The notes under the pieces were generated by a model. It was not told the origin of the DNA. It worked only from the letters and a program-made list of their open reading frames with translations, and made no database searches. Below, piece by piece: positions 26,513 through 34,925 of a stretch of 37,919 nt of DNA. The position numbers and the translations under genes are program-made. Every line of letters begins with the position of its first letter. Positions within the stretch are counted from its first letter, which is position 1. Origin of the DNA: Spirochaetota bacterium (lineage in GTDB: Bacteria; Spirochaetota; UBA4802; JAFGDQ01); contig JAXHTB010000002.1 of the NCBI GenBank assembly GCA_034190185.1, positions 1-37,919 of the forward strand, read 5' to 3'.

Positions 26513-26527
26513 TGAAAATCATTATAC
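26513..26527. promoter_or_regulatory. Third Fur-box-like site, upstream of the porin gene
   Basis: TGAAAATCATTATAC shares the ATGAAAAT-N-ATT core with the two sites flanking the regulator. It lies ~135 nt upstream of the revised porin start. Confidence 0.45.
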
Positions 26528-26709
26528 CTTTCTCAATTTACATATATCTCTTCATTTCCTGTTATATTTTGCTAGGATAACTGTCAACCTATTTTTAAAT
26601 TCATAATAAGTTGGGGATGGCAATGCAAATGATCTAGATATATATAAGCTGTGAAATCGAAAACAACAGACAAATTTTGGGAATGCTATTAAGAAATTTT
26701 ATTTTTTTA

Positions 26710-27333
26710 TTAATTTATACTTATTGTAATAAATTCATTACTCTTTGGATCATATAATGAACATAATCCGTCTTCAACAGCTCCAACTGTAATTATATAG
26801 ACCCTGTCTTTTTTAAGTGATATCCTTGCGCCTGGTTCTATTAAAAGCTCTTTTTGAGATTCATATTCTATCTCGATCATCGATGTCTTGTGTGAGTGTC
26901 CTCTGAATACTCTCCTGAAAGGCGGGTTTTTTACTGTCATTTTCGGCAGATACTCCGAAATTGGCTTATGTGTTGCAGCAGGCCAATTTAGAGGTAGCGA
27001 ATGCGTAAAACAGATATCTTCAAACTGAATTGTATATGGCAATTCCTTTAGAAAGGATATTGATGTATCTTTAAGACTCCTGGTTTGACTTGAAATTTGG
27101 TCAGTCATAATTATATATTCATTGTTGCCCATAATTGGCTTAACATTATACCTGTTGAGAATATATATAGAATCCTCAAGTGTTTCAGGCTTAAGTGAAT
27201 CACATATGTCGCCAAGATGGATTATATTTTTTGCGCCCATATCATATAGAATTTCTATTGCTTTTCGCATTTCTAAGTTCAGGCTGTGACTGTCTGAAAT
27301 CAGTCCTATTGAGCCGTTTATAATGTTGAGCAT
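26710..27333 (-). CDS. Calcineurin-like metallophosphoesterase
   Basis: IGLISDSH, IHLGDICD, GNNEY and RGHSH appear in the canonical order for the MPP fold. Confidence 0.85.
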   Translation of the reverse strand: MLNIINGSIGLISDSHSLNLEMRKAIEILYDMGAKNIIHLGDICDSLKPETLEDSIYILNRYNVKPIMGNNEYIIMTDQISSQTRSLKDTSISFLKELPYTIQFEDICFTHSLPLNWPAATHKPISEYLPKMTVKNPPFRRVFRGHSHKTSMIEIEYESQKELLIEPGARISLKKDRVYIITVGAVEDGLCSLYDPKSNEFITISIN

Positions 27334-27555
27334 TTAAAAGATCCTAATATCTACATGATTAAAAAGTAATTAAATTAATTATAAGATTATATGGTGATTT
27401 CCATTCTTATAGATAATATGTCAATAATTTTATGATATCTTTGTAGATATTTCTCATTGTGTAAGGATATTGTATTACATACCACAATATTTGTCAGTTC
27501 GTGCTAATAAAATTGGTATGCTCAAACTGTTTTCAGAAATTTAATAGTGTGTTTT

Positions 27556-27672
27556 TTAGCCACGGATTAACACGGATGGGACATTAATTTTTCCTATAGA
27601 ATTATTGTATTATTTATATACAGTCAAGCCGCATGAACAGTCCGTGACAATCTGTGTATATCAATGGCTAAT
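27556..27672. repeat. MITE/REP-like element bounded by imperfect ~24-nt terminal inverted repeats (TTAGCCAYKGATWWACACRGAT)
   Basis: The left arm is ttagccacggattaacacggat (27556-27577). The reverse complement of the right arm (about 27649-27672) reads ttagccattgatatacacagat, giving 17 of 24 matches including 7 of 7 at the tips. It has no coding capacity. Confidence 0.4.
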
Positions 27673-27796
27673 AATTTTAACAATCAAGTTTATACTGCAC
27701 TGACTGATTATCTACCATTATTCCTTCTGATATCAGATTGAACTTACTAAAATTCTATAATTTTACAATTTCAAATCCTATGAAGATAAATCCTTA

Positions 27797-27825
27797 TTGA
27801 CTTGTGATTTTTAATATTATATATA
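27797..27825 (+). promoter_or_regulatory. Candidate sigma70-type promoter (TTGACT-N17-TATATA) about 300 nt upstream of the dapF-like gene
   Basis: Hexamers and spacing were read directly. An AT-rich background makes chance matches likely. Confidence 0.3.
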
Positions 27826-28129
27826 AATTTAGGAATAACAGAAAGCTGCCTACTGTCGCAATTAAATTTGATAATGATTTATTCTCTAATGAATCTGAAC
27901 AACTTGATTTTAAAGGAAGCCAGGAGGCTGGAGTTTGTTAATAGTAAGGTGAAAGATTATTATATTGCTGAATGCAAATAACTATGCTGACCTCTACATT
28001 CTCCAGATAAGCTGGATGGACAGTGTTCCCTAAATCCTTTGTTGTTTAGTTGAAAGATAACATCTTAATAAAAACACAACAAAAAATAAGTTTTCATAGA
28101 GGAATTATAGACGATAACAGAAGGTATCT

Positions 28130-28963
28130 ATGAAATTTTACAAATATCACGCTATTGGCAATGACTATATTATTATTGATCCTAATGATGTTAAACAGTT
28201 AACTCCTGAAAAAATCATACAGATATGCCACCGTAATTATGGCATTGGATCTGATGGGATCTTATTTGGCCCGTTTTATAATCCTGTATCTGACTTCAGT
28301 GTAAAAATATATAATCCCGATGGAAGTGAGGCAGAAAAAAGTGGAAATGGTTTACGTATTTTTTCTAGATATCTCTACGATAGAAATCTTGTAAATAACA
28401 AGCCCTTTACGATTCATACTGAAGGAGGTATTGTAGAATCTAGGATTTTAGATGATGGATACATTGTTACTGTTGACATGGGTATAGTTAGCTTTGAAAG
28501 TACACTTATTCCTGTTATTGGCGCATCACGCGAAGTTATAAATGAAACAATGGAGATTGATGGACAGTTGCTTACATATTGTGCTGCCAGTATTGGAAAT
28601 CCGCATTGTGTAGTCCTTTGTGATGAGGTAAAAGAGGAGGAAGTGCGGAAGCTGGGTCCTATTATTGAGGTTGATGAGCGGTTTCCAAATAGAATAAATG
28701 TTCAGTTTATGAAAATAGTAGATGAGTTCAATATAATAATTAAGATATGGGAACGCGGAGCGGGCTATACATTAGCATCAGGAAGCAGCAGCAGCGCTGC
28801 TGCTGCTGTAGCCTATAAATTGGGATTATGTAGATCTAAGATTGCAGTACATATGCCCGGGGGCACAATAGATATTGAAATATCTGAAGATTTTTCAATT
28901 ATTATGAGCGGACCTGTTACAAAAGTCGCAGAAGGTATGATATCCGAAGATATCTTTAAATAA
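28130..28963 (+). CDS. Diaminopimelate-epimerase-fold protein (DapF-like) lacking both catalytic cysteines
   Basis: Family resemblance is strong throughout (MKFYKYHAIGNDYIIID, GSDGILF, YNPDGSEAEKSGNGLR, SIGNPHCVV, INVQFM, IWERGAGYTLASGSSSSAAA, VHMPGG). The two positions that are Cys in canonical DapF read Ser (codons agt and tca). Confidence 0.85.
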   Translation: MKFYKYHAIGNDYIIIDPNDVKQLTPEKIIQICHRNYGIGSDGILFGPFYNPVSDFSVKIYNPDGSEAEKSGNGLRIFSRYLYDRNLVNNKPFTIHTEGGIVESRILDDGYIVTVDMGIVSFESTLIPVIGASREVINETMEIDGQLLTYCAASIGNPHCVVLCDEVKEEEVRKLGPIIEVDERFPNRINVQFMKIVDEFNIIIKIWERGAGYTLASGSSSSAAAAVAYKLGLCRSKIAVHMPGGTIDIEISEDFSIIMSGPVTKVAEGMISEDIFK

Positions 28964-28984
28964 TATTAAGATTATACCATAGAG

Positions 28985-29014
28985 CTGTTTTGGCGGAAGA
29001 CAAAACAGGTTTTC
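28985..29014 (+). terminator. Probable intrinsic terminator after the dapF-like gene
   Basis: The stem is ctgttttg / caaaacag (8 bp) with loop gcggaaga, followed by gttttc. Confidence 0.5.
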
Positions 29015-29115
29015 ATAGAGAAATTATAAACTAATGATAATTTTTCTATTTTTGCATGTCAATTATTTAACTGTAATAGTTACAATGATGTATTAAAACA
29101 AATAGTGGATATTAT

Positions 29116-32100
29116 ATGAATAATTTTACAGAAGGGAATAAAAGACGATCCCTATGCGGAATATGTTCAGCAGGCTGCTGGGTTGTTGTAAATTATGACA
29201 ATGATGGTAAGATCGGTGAAATTGAGATAGATTCAAGCTCTCCACTTGGAAGGATTTGCAGAATAGGCCAGCTTTCAAAGGAAATTGTTTACTCAAAAGA
29301 CAGGCTTCTTCATCCTATGCGCAGAAAGGGATTAAAAGGGAACTATGAATTTGAACAGATAACTTGGGATGATGCTTATAATATTATTGTTGATAATCTT
29401 AATAAAGTTAAGAGGGAATTTGGCCCAGAGGCTGCTGCCATATATACAGGAAGTGGAAGTTTTGAACTTTCTCTTTGCGACATCTATCAACCTAAGGGTG
29501 TTGCTGTTTCTTCAGCTTCTAGTGTCCTATTCCCTTTTGGTTCTCCAAATACACTTGGAGTAGGTGCGTTATGTTATGTCGCTTTCGCTATGATTGCTCC
29601 TCATGTAACCATGGGCGGAATGTATATAAATATGTTTTCTGACATAGAGAATGCCAGCATGATCCTTATTTGGGGAAAGAATCCAGCAGCGCATTGTCCA
29701 CCAGATGATTTTATAAAGATAGAAGAGGTTCATAAAAGAGGAGCGAAGATTGTTGTAATAGATCCCCGTAGAACTGTTATGGCAAAATATAAGAATGCTG
29801 AGTGGATCCCTATTAGGCCTGGCACTGATGGGGCCTTGGCGTTAGGGATGTGTAATATAATTATTGAAGAAGAGTTGTATGATGATAATTTCGTTAATAA
29901 CTGGACCATAGGTTTTAATGATTTTGCTAGTTATGTCCAGCATTTTAGGGCAGAATATGTTGAGAGCATTACAGGCGTACCTGCTAAGACTATTAGATCA
30001 CTTGCTCGAAGAATAGCGGAAAGTTACGGTGTTGCTCCTGTTATGTACAGTGGACTTGAATACAGCGATGGCGCTGTTCAGGCTATTCGTGCTGTATTTG
30101 TACTTTTAGCCCTTGCTGGACAGCTTGATGTGCCTGGAGGATACTGTTTTAGTATGTCTAAGAATAAGTTCCCAATAAACCGTGAGGGACATATCCCAAA
30201 TCCTGATGTAAAAAAGGCTGCTGGATATAATAATTTTCCTATTTATACTAAATATAGAGGAGAATTTCATGCTAATATTCTTCCCAGAGCTGTTTTGGAA
30301 GGGAAACCATATCCTATACGTCTACTGATAAGCCTTGGCGCTTCTATAATTACATCATGGCCGCAATCAGGAATATGGCGAAAAACTTTGGAAGCTCTAG
30401 ATTTCCTTGTCTGTATCGATCGTCAGCTTATTGCTGATGCCGCTTATGCTGATATTATTTTACCTTCAACAACCTATTATGAGATAGAATCTTATATGGT
30501 GTATGAATCTATCTTCAGGATAAGAGAAAAGGTAATTGAACCTGTTGGGGAGGCTAAAAATGATTTTTTTATTCTCTCTGAACTTGCTAATCGTTTAGGG
30601 TATGGTAATCTATATCCACAAAATGAGGATGAGCTGCTTACTCATGTATTGAAGAATAGCGGTTTTACCCTTGACCAAGTCCGAAAGGCTGGAGGTATAG
30701 CACAGATCCCCACAGTAATGATGCAATATAAGAAATGGGAAAAGGGATTGCTTAGAGAAGATGGAAAACCTGGATTCGACACACCTTCAGGAAAGTTTGA
30801 GATTGCCTCAAGTATTCTTGAAGAGCATGGTTATGATGCATTGCCGATTTATACAGAGCCAGGTGAGGGGCCTCTTTCTCAGCCTGATCTAGCAAAGGAA
30901 TATCCGCTTATTTTTAATTCTGGAGCTCGCTCTAATATCGATCTTCATACACTTCACCATACTATTCCTAAGCTGTCAAAAGAAAAGCCAGTGCCCACAG
31001 TTATGCTTAATACTAAAGATGCAGAAAAACGCGGAATTGAGAACGGCGATTATGTTCATATAAAAACTAAAAGGGGCGCTGTTAGTATGTATGCCTATGT
31101 AACTGATGATATTGTACAAGGGGCGGTTGAAGCAAGCGGGGCAGGTGGAGGCGCACTGGGGCCAAAGTCATGGAGGGAGGCAAATATAAATGAATTGACT
31201 GATCTAAAACGTTATGATCCAATATCTGGATTCCCTGTATATAAAGCTCTGTTGTGTGATGTTGTAAAGATTTCAAAAGGCGATCAAGCAAAGATAACCG
31301 GAACTGGAGAGTATTCTTTGAATGATGCTGTTGATAAGGATACAGATACTTGTGGAATATATCTTGATCATAATGCTACCTCACCTATTGATACTGAAGT
31401 AAAGGAAATAATGATACAATCATTAGAACTTTTCGGAAATCCATCAAGTATCTATTCTAATGGTGTTAAAACTAAGCAAGTTGTTGAAGATGCCAGAAGG
31501 AGTCTTTCTTTACTGATAAACAGCACAGCGCGCCGAATAACTTTCACTAGCGGGGGATCAGAAGCAAACAATACTGCAATTAAAGGTGTTGCTTTTGCAA
31601 ATTTCGGTTTTAAAGATCATATAATAACATCGAATATTGAACACCCGTCTATAATCAATACCTGTAAGTGGTTGGAGAAAAAACGATTTAAAGTAACTTA
31701 TCTTAATGTAGATTCCGATGGAAGAGTAAATCCATCTGAGCTAAGTAATGCAATTACTGATAAAACATGCCTTATTAGTATCATGCTGGCCAATAATGAG
31801 ATTGGCACTATTCAGCCGATTAGAGAGTTAACAGAGATAGCAAGAAACAGTGGGGTTTTATTTCATACTGATGCAGTTCAAGCAGTAGGTAAGATAGAAA
31901 TTGATGTTGAGGACCTTGGAGTGGATTTGTTGACCATGTCTGCTCACAAATTTAATGGGCCTAAGGGTATTGGAGCTCTTTATATCAGAAAAGGTGTTGC
32001 AATTGATCCGCTTATTAATGGAGGTAGCCAGGAAAATGGGATGCGCGCAGGAACTGAAAATGTACCTTGTATTGCTGGAATGGGAAAGGCTGCTGAACAG

Positions 32101-32505
32101 TCCTTATATAATTTACAAAAAGTTGATCAAATCAAAGGAATTCGAGACAGACTGGAACAGGGCATAAAAGATCAGATTCCCAATGCAAAGTTAAATGGAC
32201 ATAGGGATGAAAGGCTGCCTAATACAATTAATATAACATTACCTGGTTTGCGGGGGGAGTCAATGGTTTATGCGCTCGATAGGAAGGGAGTGTCTGTGTC
32301 ATCAGGCTCTGCATGCCGGTCTGGCAAGCCTGAACCTTCCTATACTCTTACAGCTTTAGGATTATCAGAAGAGGATGCTCATTGTTCATTACGTTTTTCC
32401 CTTGGATTTGAGAATACAATAGAAGAAATTGATCGGACTATCTCTATCATTGCAGAGGTTGTTAAAGATCAAAAATCAATGGTTCGTTTTGTGTCTTGTC
32501 GATAG
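29116..32505 (+). CDS. Fusion of a bis-MGD (Mo/W-pterin) oxidoreductase module to a NifS/IscS-type cysteine desulfurase; architecture of the metallopterin-dependent ergothioneine synthase (MES)
   Basis: One uninterrupted 1129-codon ORF. The N-terminal [4Fe-4S] motif is C14-x2-C17-x3-C21...C48. Molybdopterin-enzyme blocks are present (ILIWGKNPAA, KIVVIDPRRT, IRPGTDGALALGM, DFLVCIDRQL..ADIILPSTTYYE, GDYVHIKTKRGAV). A linker of about 30 aa spans nt 31261-31350. The class-V PLP domain shows IYLDHNATSP, FTSGGSEANN, SAHKFNGPKG (Lys945, nt 31948-31950) and SSGSACRSG (Cys1067, nt 32314-32316). Confidence 0.85.
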   Translation: MNNFTEGNKRRSLCGICSAGCWVVVNYDNDGKIGEIEIDSSSPLGRICRIGQLSKEIVYSKDRLLHPMRRKGLKGNYEFEQITWDDAYNIIVDNLNKVKREFGPEAAAIYTGSGSFELSLCDIYQPKGVAVSSASSVLFPFGSPNTLGVGALCYVAFAMIAPHVTMGGMYINMFSDIENASMILIWGKNPAAHCPPDDFIKIEEVHKRGAKIVVIDPRRTVMAKYKNAEWIPIRPGTDGALALGMCNIIIEEELYDDNFVNNWTIGFNDFASYVQHFRAEYVESITGVPAKTIRSLARRIAESYGVAPVMYSGLEYSDGAVQAIRAVFVLLALAGQLDVPGGYCFSMSKNKFPINREGHIPNPDVKKAAGYNNFPIYTKYRGEFHANILPRAVLEGKPYPIRLLISLGASIITSWPQSGIWRKTLEALDFLVCIDRQLIADAAYADIILPSTTYYEIESYMVYESIFRIREKVIEPVGEAKNDFFILSELANRLGYGNLYPQNEDELLTHVLKNSGFTLDQVRKAGGIAQIPTVMMQYKKWEKGLLREDGKPGFDTPSGKFEIASSILEEHGYDALPIYTEPGEGPLSQPDLAKEYPLIFNSGARSNIDLHTLHHTIPKLSKEKPVPTVMLNTKDAEKRGIENGDYVHIKTKRGAVSMYAYVTDDIVQGAVEASGAGGGALGPKSWREANINELTDLKRYDPISGFPVYKALLCDVVKISKGDQAKITGTGEYSLNDAVDKDTDTCGIYLDHNATSPIDTEVKEIMIQSLELFGNPSSIYSNGVKTKQVVEDARRSLSLLINSTARRITFTSGGSEANNTAIKGVAFANFGFKDHIITSNIEHPSIINTCKWLEKKRFKVTYLNVDSDGRVNPSELSNAITDKTCLISIMLANNEIGTIQPIRELTEIARNSGVLFHTDAVQAVGKIEIDVEDLGVDLLTMSAHKFNGPKGIGALYIRKGVAIDPLINGGSQENGMRAGTENVPCIAGMGKAAEQSLYNLQKVDQIKGIRDRLEQGIKDQIPNAKLNGHRDERLPNTINITLPGLRGESMVYALDRKGVSVSSGSACRSGKPEPSYTLTALGLSEEDAHCSLRFSLGFENTIEEIDRTISIIAEVVKDQKSMVRFVSCR

Positions 32506-32618
32506 GATGTGTATTATATAATTTTCAAGATTGCGTTATTATCGAAGCAATAGTATATAGATAATATTAATATAAAGATAATAAATAAAAAGATATATTT
32601 AACACAATAGGATAAATA

Positions 32619-33617
32619 ATGACATTAGATTATAGAGTTTTGCAGAAAACCGATTATCAGCTATCTGATAGTCATCATGATTTTGCTCTGAATGTGCTTT
32701 TAGGACTTTCACAATATCCGAAATCTGTACCTTCAAGATATCTTTATGATGCTGAAGGAGATAAGCTCTTTCAACAGATCATGAATCTCCCAGAGTACTA
32801 TCTGACCCAGTGTGAATTCGAAATATTGCAGAATCATAAAGATCAAATTATTGATCTGGTTTTCGAAGATCAGACAAACTTGATCGAATTAGGAGCAGGT
32901 GATGGGCAGAAAACAGAAATTCTGCTTGAGCACCTTATTAATATCGATCTGAATTTTGAGTACGTTCCTATTGATATATCAGAATCATCGATTAAAGGAC
33001 TTGTTAGCGGACTTAAAAAATCTTATCCAGAAATGAAGATTGAAGGATTAGTTGCTGAATACTTTGAGGGATTGAAATGGCTTTCATGTGATAATCAGGG
33101 ACACAATGTTGTACTTTTTCTTGGCTCAAGTATTGGGAATTTTAGTCATTCTGAGGCTAGAGTCTTTTTGTTTAGTCTATGGAATGCTCTAAATGATGGA
33201 GATATCATTTTAATCGGTTTTGATCTTAAAAAAGATATTCAAACTTTGACAAAAGCTTATAACGATTCTCAGGGAATCACAGCGCGTTTTAACCTGAATT
33301 TGTTGAATAGAATTAATAAAGAGTTAGGTGGCAATTTCGATCCTGATTGCTTCCAATATCATAATACATATAATGTTTTCACAGGTGCAATGGAAAGTTA
33401 TCTTGTAAGTTGCGAAGAGCAGAATGTATATATTAAGGAACTTAATCAGTTCTTCTCATTTGAATCGTGGGAATCTCTGCATACAGAGTATTCTCATAAG
33501 TATCTGTTGTCTGAAATATCTGCATTAGCAGAGGAGACAGGTTTTAATATAATTCATCAATTCTCTGATTCCAGGCAATATTACATAGATTCTCTTTGGC
33601 AGGTTGTAAAAAGATAG
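32619..33617 (+). CDS. egtD: EgtD/EanA-type SAM-dependent histidine N-alpha-methyltransferase (hercynine synthase family)
   Basis: YLYDAEGDKLFQQIMNLPEYYLTQCEFEIL, LIELGAGDGQKT, YVPIDIS, LFLGSSIGNF, GFDLKKD, AYNDSQGITARFNLNLLNRINKELG and HTEYSHKY follow the EgtD family block order. Confidence 0.85.
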   Translation: MTLDYRVLQKTDYQLSDSHHDFALNVLLGLSQYPKSVPSRYLYDAEGDKLFQQIMNLPEYYLTQCEFEILQNHKDQIIDLVFEDQTNLIELGAGDGQKTEILLEHLINIDLNFEYVPIDISESSIKGLVSGLKKSYPEMKIEGLVAEYFEGLKWLSCDNQGHNVVLFLGSSIGNFSHSEARVFLFSLWNALNDGDIILIGFDLKKDIQTLTKAYNDSQGITARFNLNLLNRINKELGGNFDPDCFQYHNTYNVFTGAMESYLVSCEEQNVYIKELNQFFSFESWESLHTEYSHKYLLSEISALAEETGFNIIHQFSDSRQYYIDSLWQVVKR

Positions 33618-33874
33618 GTATATAATTATATGCTCCCTTTTTTATTGGATTATACCCTTTGCCATTTAACCCAGGTTCTCCTCTACTACTTATCAATGTC
33701 CTATCAACATTATTCTAAGTGTTGTCAGATCCAGTTTATTTATATGCTCTACAAGTAGTTCTGAATTTAACTAAAGTAAAACTCTTTAAAACCTCATCCG
33801 TAAAATATTTCAAAAAACCTGTTACCGTATAATGACTTGGAATTGTTTCTCATTGAAAGGAGAAAAAGGGAGGT

Positions 33875-34231
33875 CTACAGTAATTTAACAAGCGCGGCTA
33901 TAAGCGCTGCTTGGGCAATGAGCATACCCGCAACCCAGCGGACAGTATTAGCCTTTGATTCGGCAATATCTTTTTTGAGTTCGATTCGCAGTATTTCAAT
34001 ATCCTTTTTGAGTTCAGTTCGGAGTGACTCGATATCCTTTTTTAGCTCAGAGCGGACTGATTCAATATATTTAGTTAGATTGCTTTCAGTTGCTCTCAAG
34101 TCGTTCTTATTGGCAAGATTTTCTTCAACTGTTTCACGAAAGACCTCAGCAATCTCTTTTGCAGTTTCTTCACTGAGACCAGAGGCTTTAAGGCGACTGT
34201 ATATGTTCAATGTATCGATAGAAACTGGCAT
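33875..34231 (-). CDS. DUF1640-like coiled-coil protein with a C-terminal TM anchor
   Basis: MPVSIDTLNIYSRLKASGLSEETAKEIAEVF...NDLRATESNL is followed by a coiled coil and a C-terminal hydrophobic helix WVAGMLIAQAALIAALVKLL. The overlapping + strand ORF 33837-34238 is its mirror image. Confidence 0.7.
   Translation of the reverse strand: MPVSIDTLNIYSRLKASGLSEETAKEIAEVFRETVEENLANKNDLRATESNLTKYIESVRSELKKDIESLRTELKKDIEILRIELKKDIAESKANTVRWVAGMLIAQAALIAALVKLL
33962..34060 (-). repeat. Three in-frame tandem 33-nt (11-aa) repeats inside the DUF1640-like gene
   Basis: The units are SVRSELKKDIE / SLRTELKKDIE / ILRIELKKDIA. Confidence 0.8.
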
Positions 34232-34754
34232 TGGATGAATCCTTTTGAATTTAATATAGAATTGCTTATCTCCTTCTTTAGTTATTGTGAAGGAGGATAT
34301 GAAAAAATAAATTTAGCGCCCTTCAGGCGGGCTTACAAGAGGTGGAACAAAGATGATAAGGAGATTTATTAAATTAACCATTCATGAATTATTTTGGCGC
34401 TAAATGAATTCGATTTTGAAAAATCACTTCAGTATAATTTTTCAAAATTCTGATGCGCTAAGATAATGAGATAATAATAAATATTTCCATCTTCCTTTCT
34501 CTATTATCCCCCTTCTCTCCTTTTCTTACATATTTTTTATCTTAAAATTGTAGAAAATTGAAATAATGCAAATTCCTATACTATTAAGTTAAAAATTATT
34601 ATGTTTATGTTTATTTGTCAATCATTTTATCAGGGATATAATATTATGAAAAGGGGATAGTAGTAAATTAATTTGGAATATTTAAAAAAAATGATTGCAA
34701 TAAATTCTGCTATTATGGTAACGTCACTGATTTTTATTATTATATGAGGTTCAG

Positions 34755-34925
34755 ATGTTATCGATAGAAAGCTTAGAAAAATCACTTTTAGAAAAAGAGA
34801 TTCAAGCTCAAATTGCCAGTTATAAAGGAGATCATGTTGAGTATCTTTGTCTGGAGAGTGAAATATCAGCTATCAAGAATTTATTAATACAAAAAATTTC
34901 GAAGAACAACAAGGTTGTTAATTAA
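34755..34925 (+). CDS. Possible 56-aa hypothetical protein (below the ORF-track cut-off)
   Basis: GAGG lies 6 nt upstream of the ATG. The product is MLSIESLEKSLLEKEIQAQIASYKGDHVEYLCLESEISAIKNLLIQKISKNNKVVN. No recognisable family. Confidence 0.25.
   Translation: MLSIESLEKSLLEKEIQAQIASYKGDHVEYLCLESEISAIKNLLIQKISKNNKVVN

Noticed and set aside
8568-27333. The impression that 8.5-27 kb is markedly more AT-rich than the MCP genes and the MES gene, suggesting a horizontally acquired island
   Set aside because: I cannot compute GC content or codon statistics reliably by eye. No integrase, tRNA or direct-repeat boundaries were found. It is left as an impression to test with a sliding-window GC and k-mer analysis.
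27830-28129. Lysine (L-box) riboswitch upstream of the DapF-like gene
   Set aside because: The conserved L-box segments I remember (AGAGG.GC ... GCCGAAG ...) are absent.
31261-31350. The possibility that the oxidoreductase-desulfurase fusion is an artefact (missed stop, frameshift or chimeric assembly)
   Set aside because: As given, the frame is continuous through a plausible ~30-aa hydrophilic linker, and the same architecture has been described experimentally for MES. This cannot be fully excluded without read-level data, so it is listed as a check under the finding.
33837-34238. 133-aa + strand ORF mirroring the DUF1640-like gene
   Set aside because: The minus-strand product has the family-typical N-terminus, coiled coil and C-terminal TM anchor. 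The + strand product is a Ser/Phe/Leu-rich antisense artefact of the 33-nt repeats.
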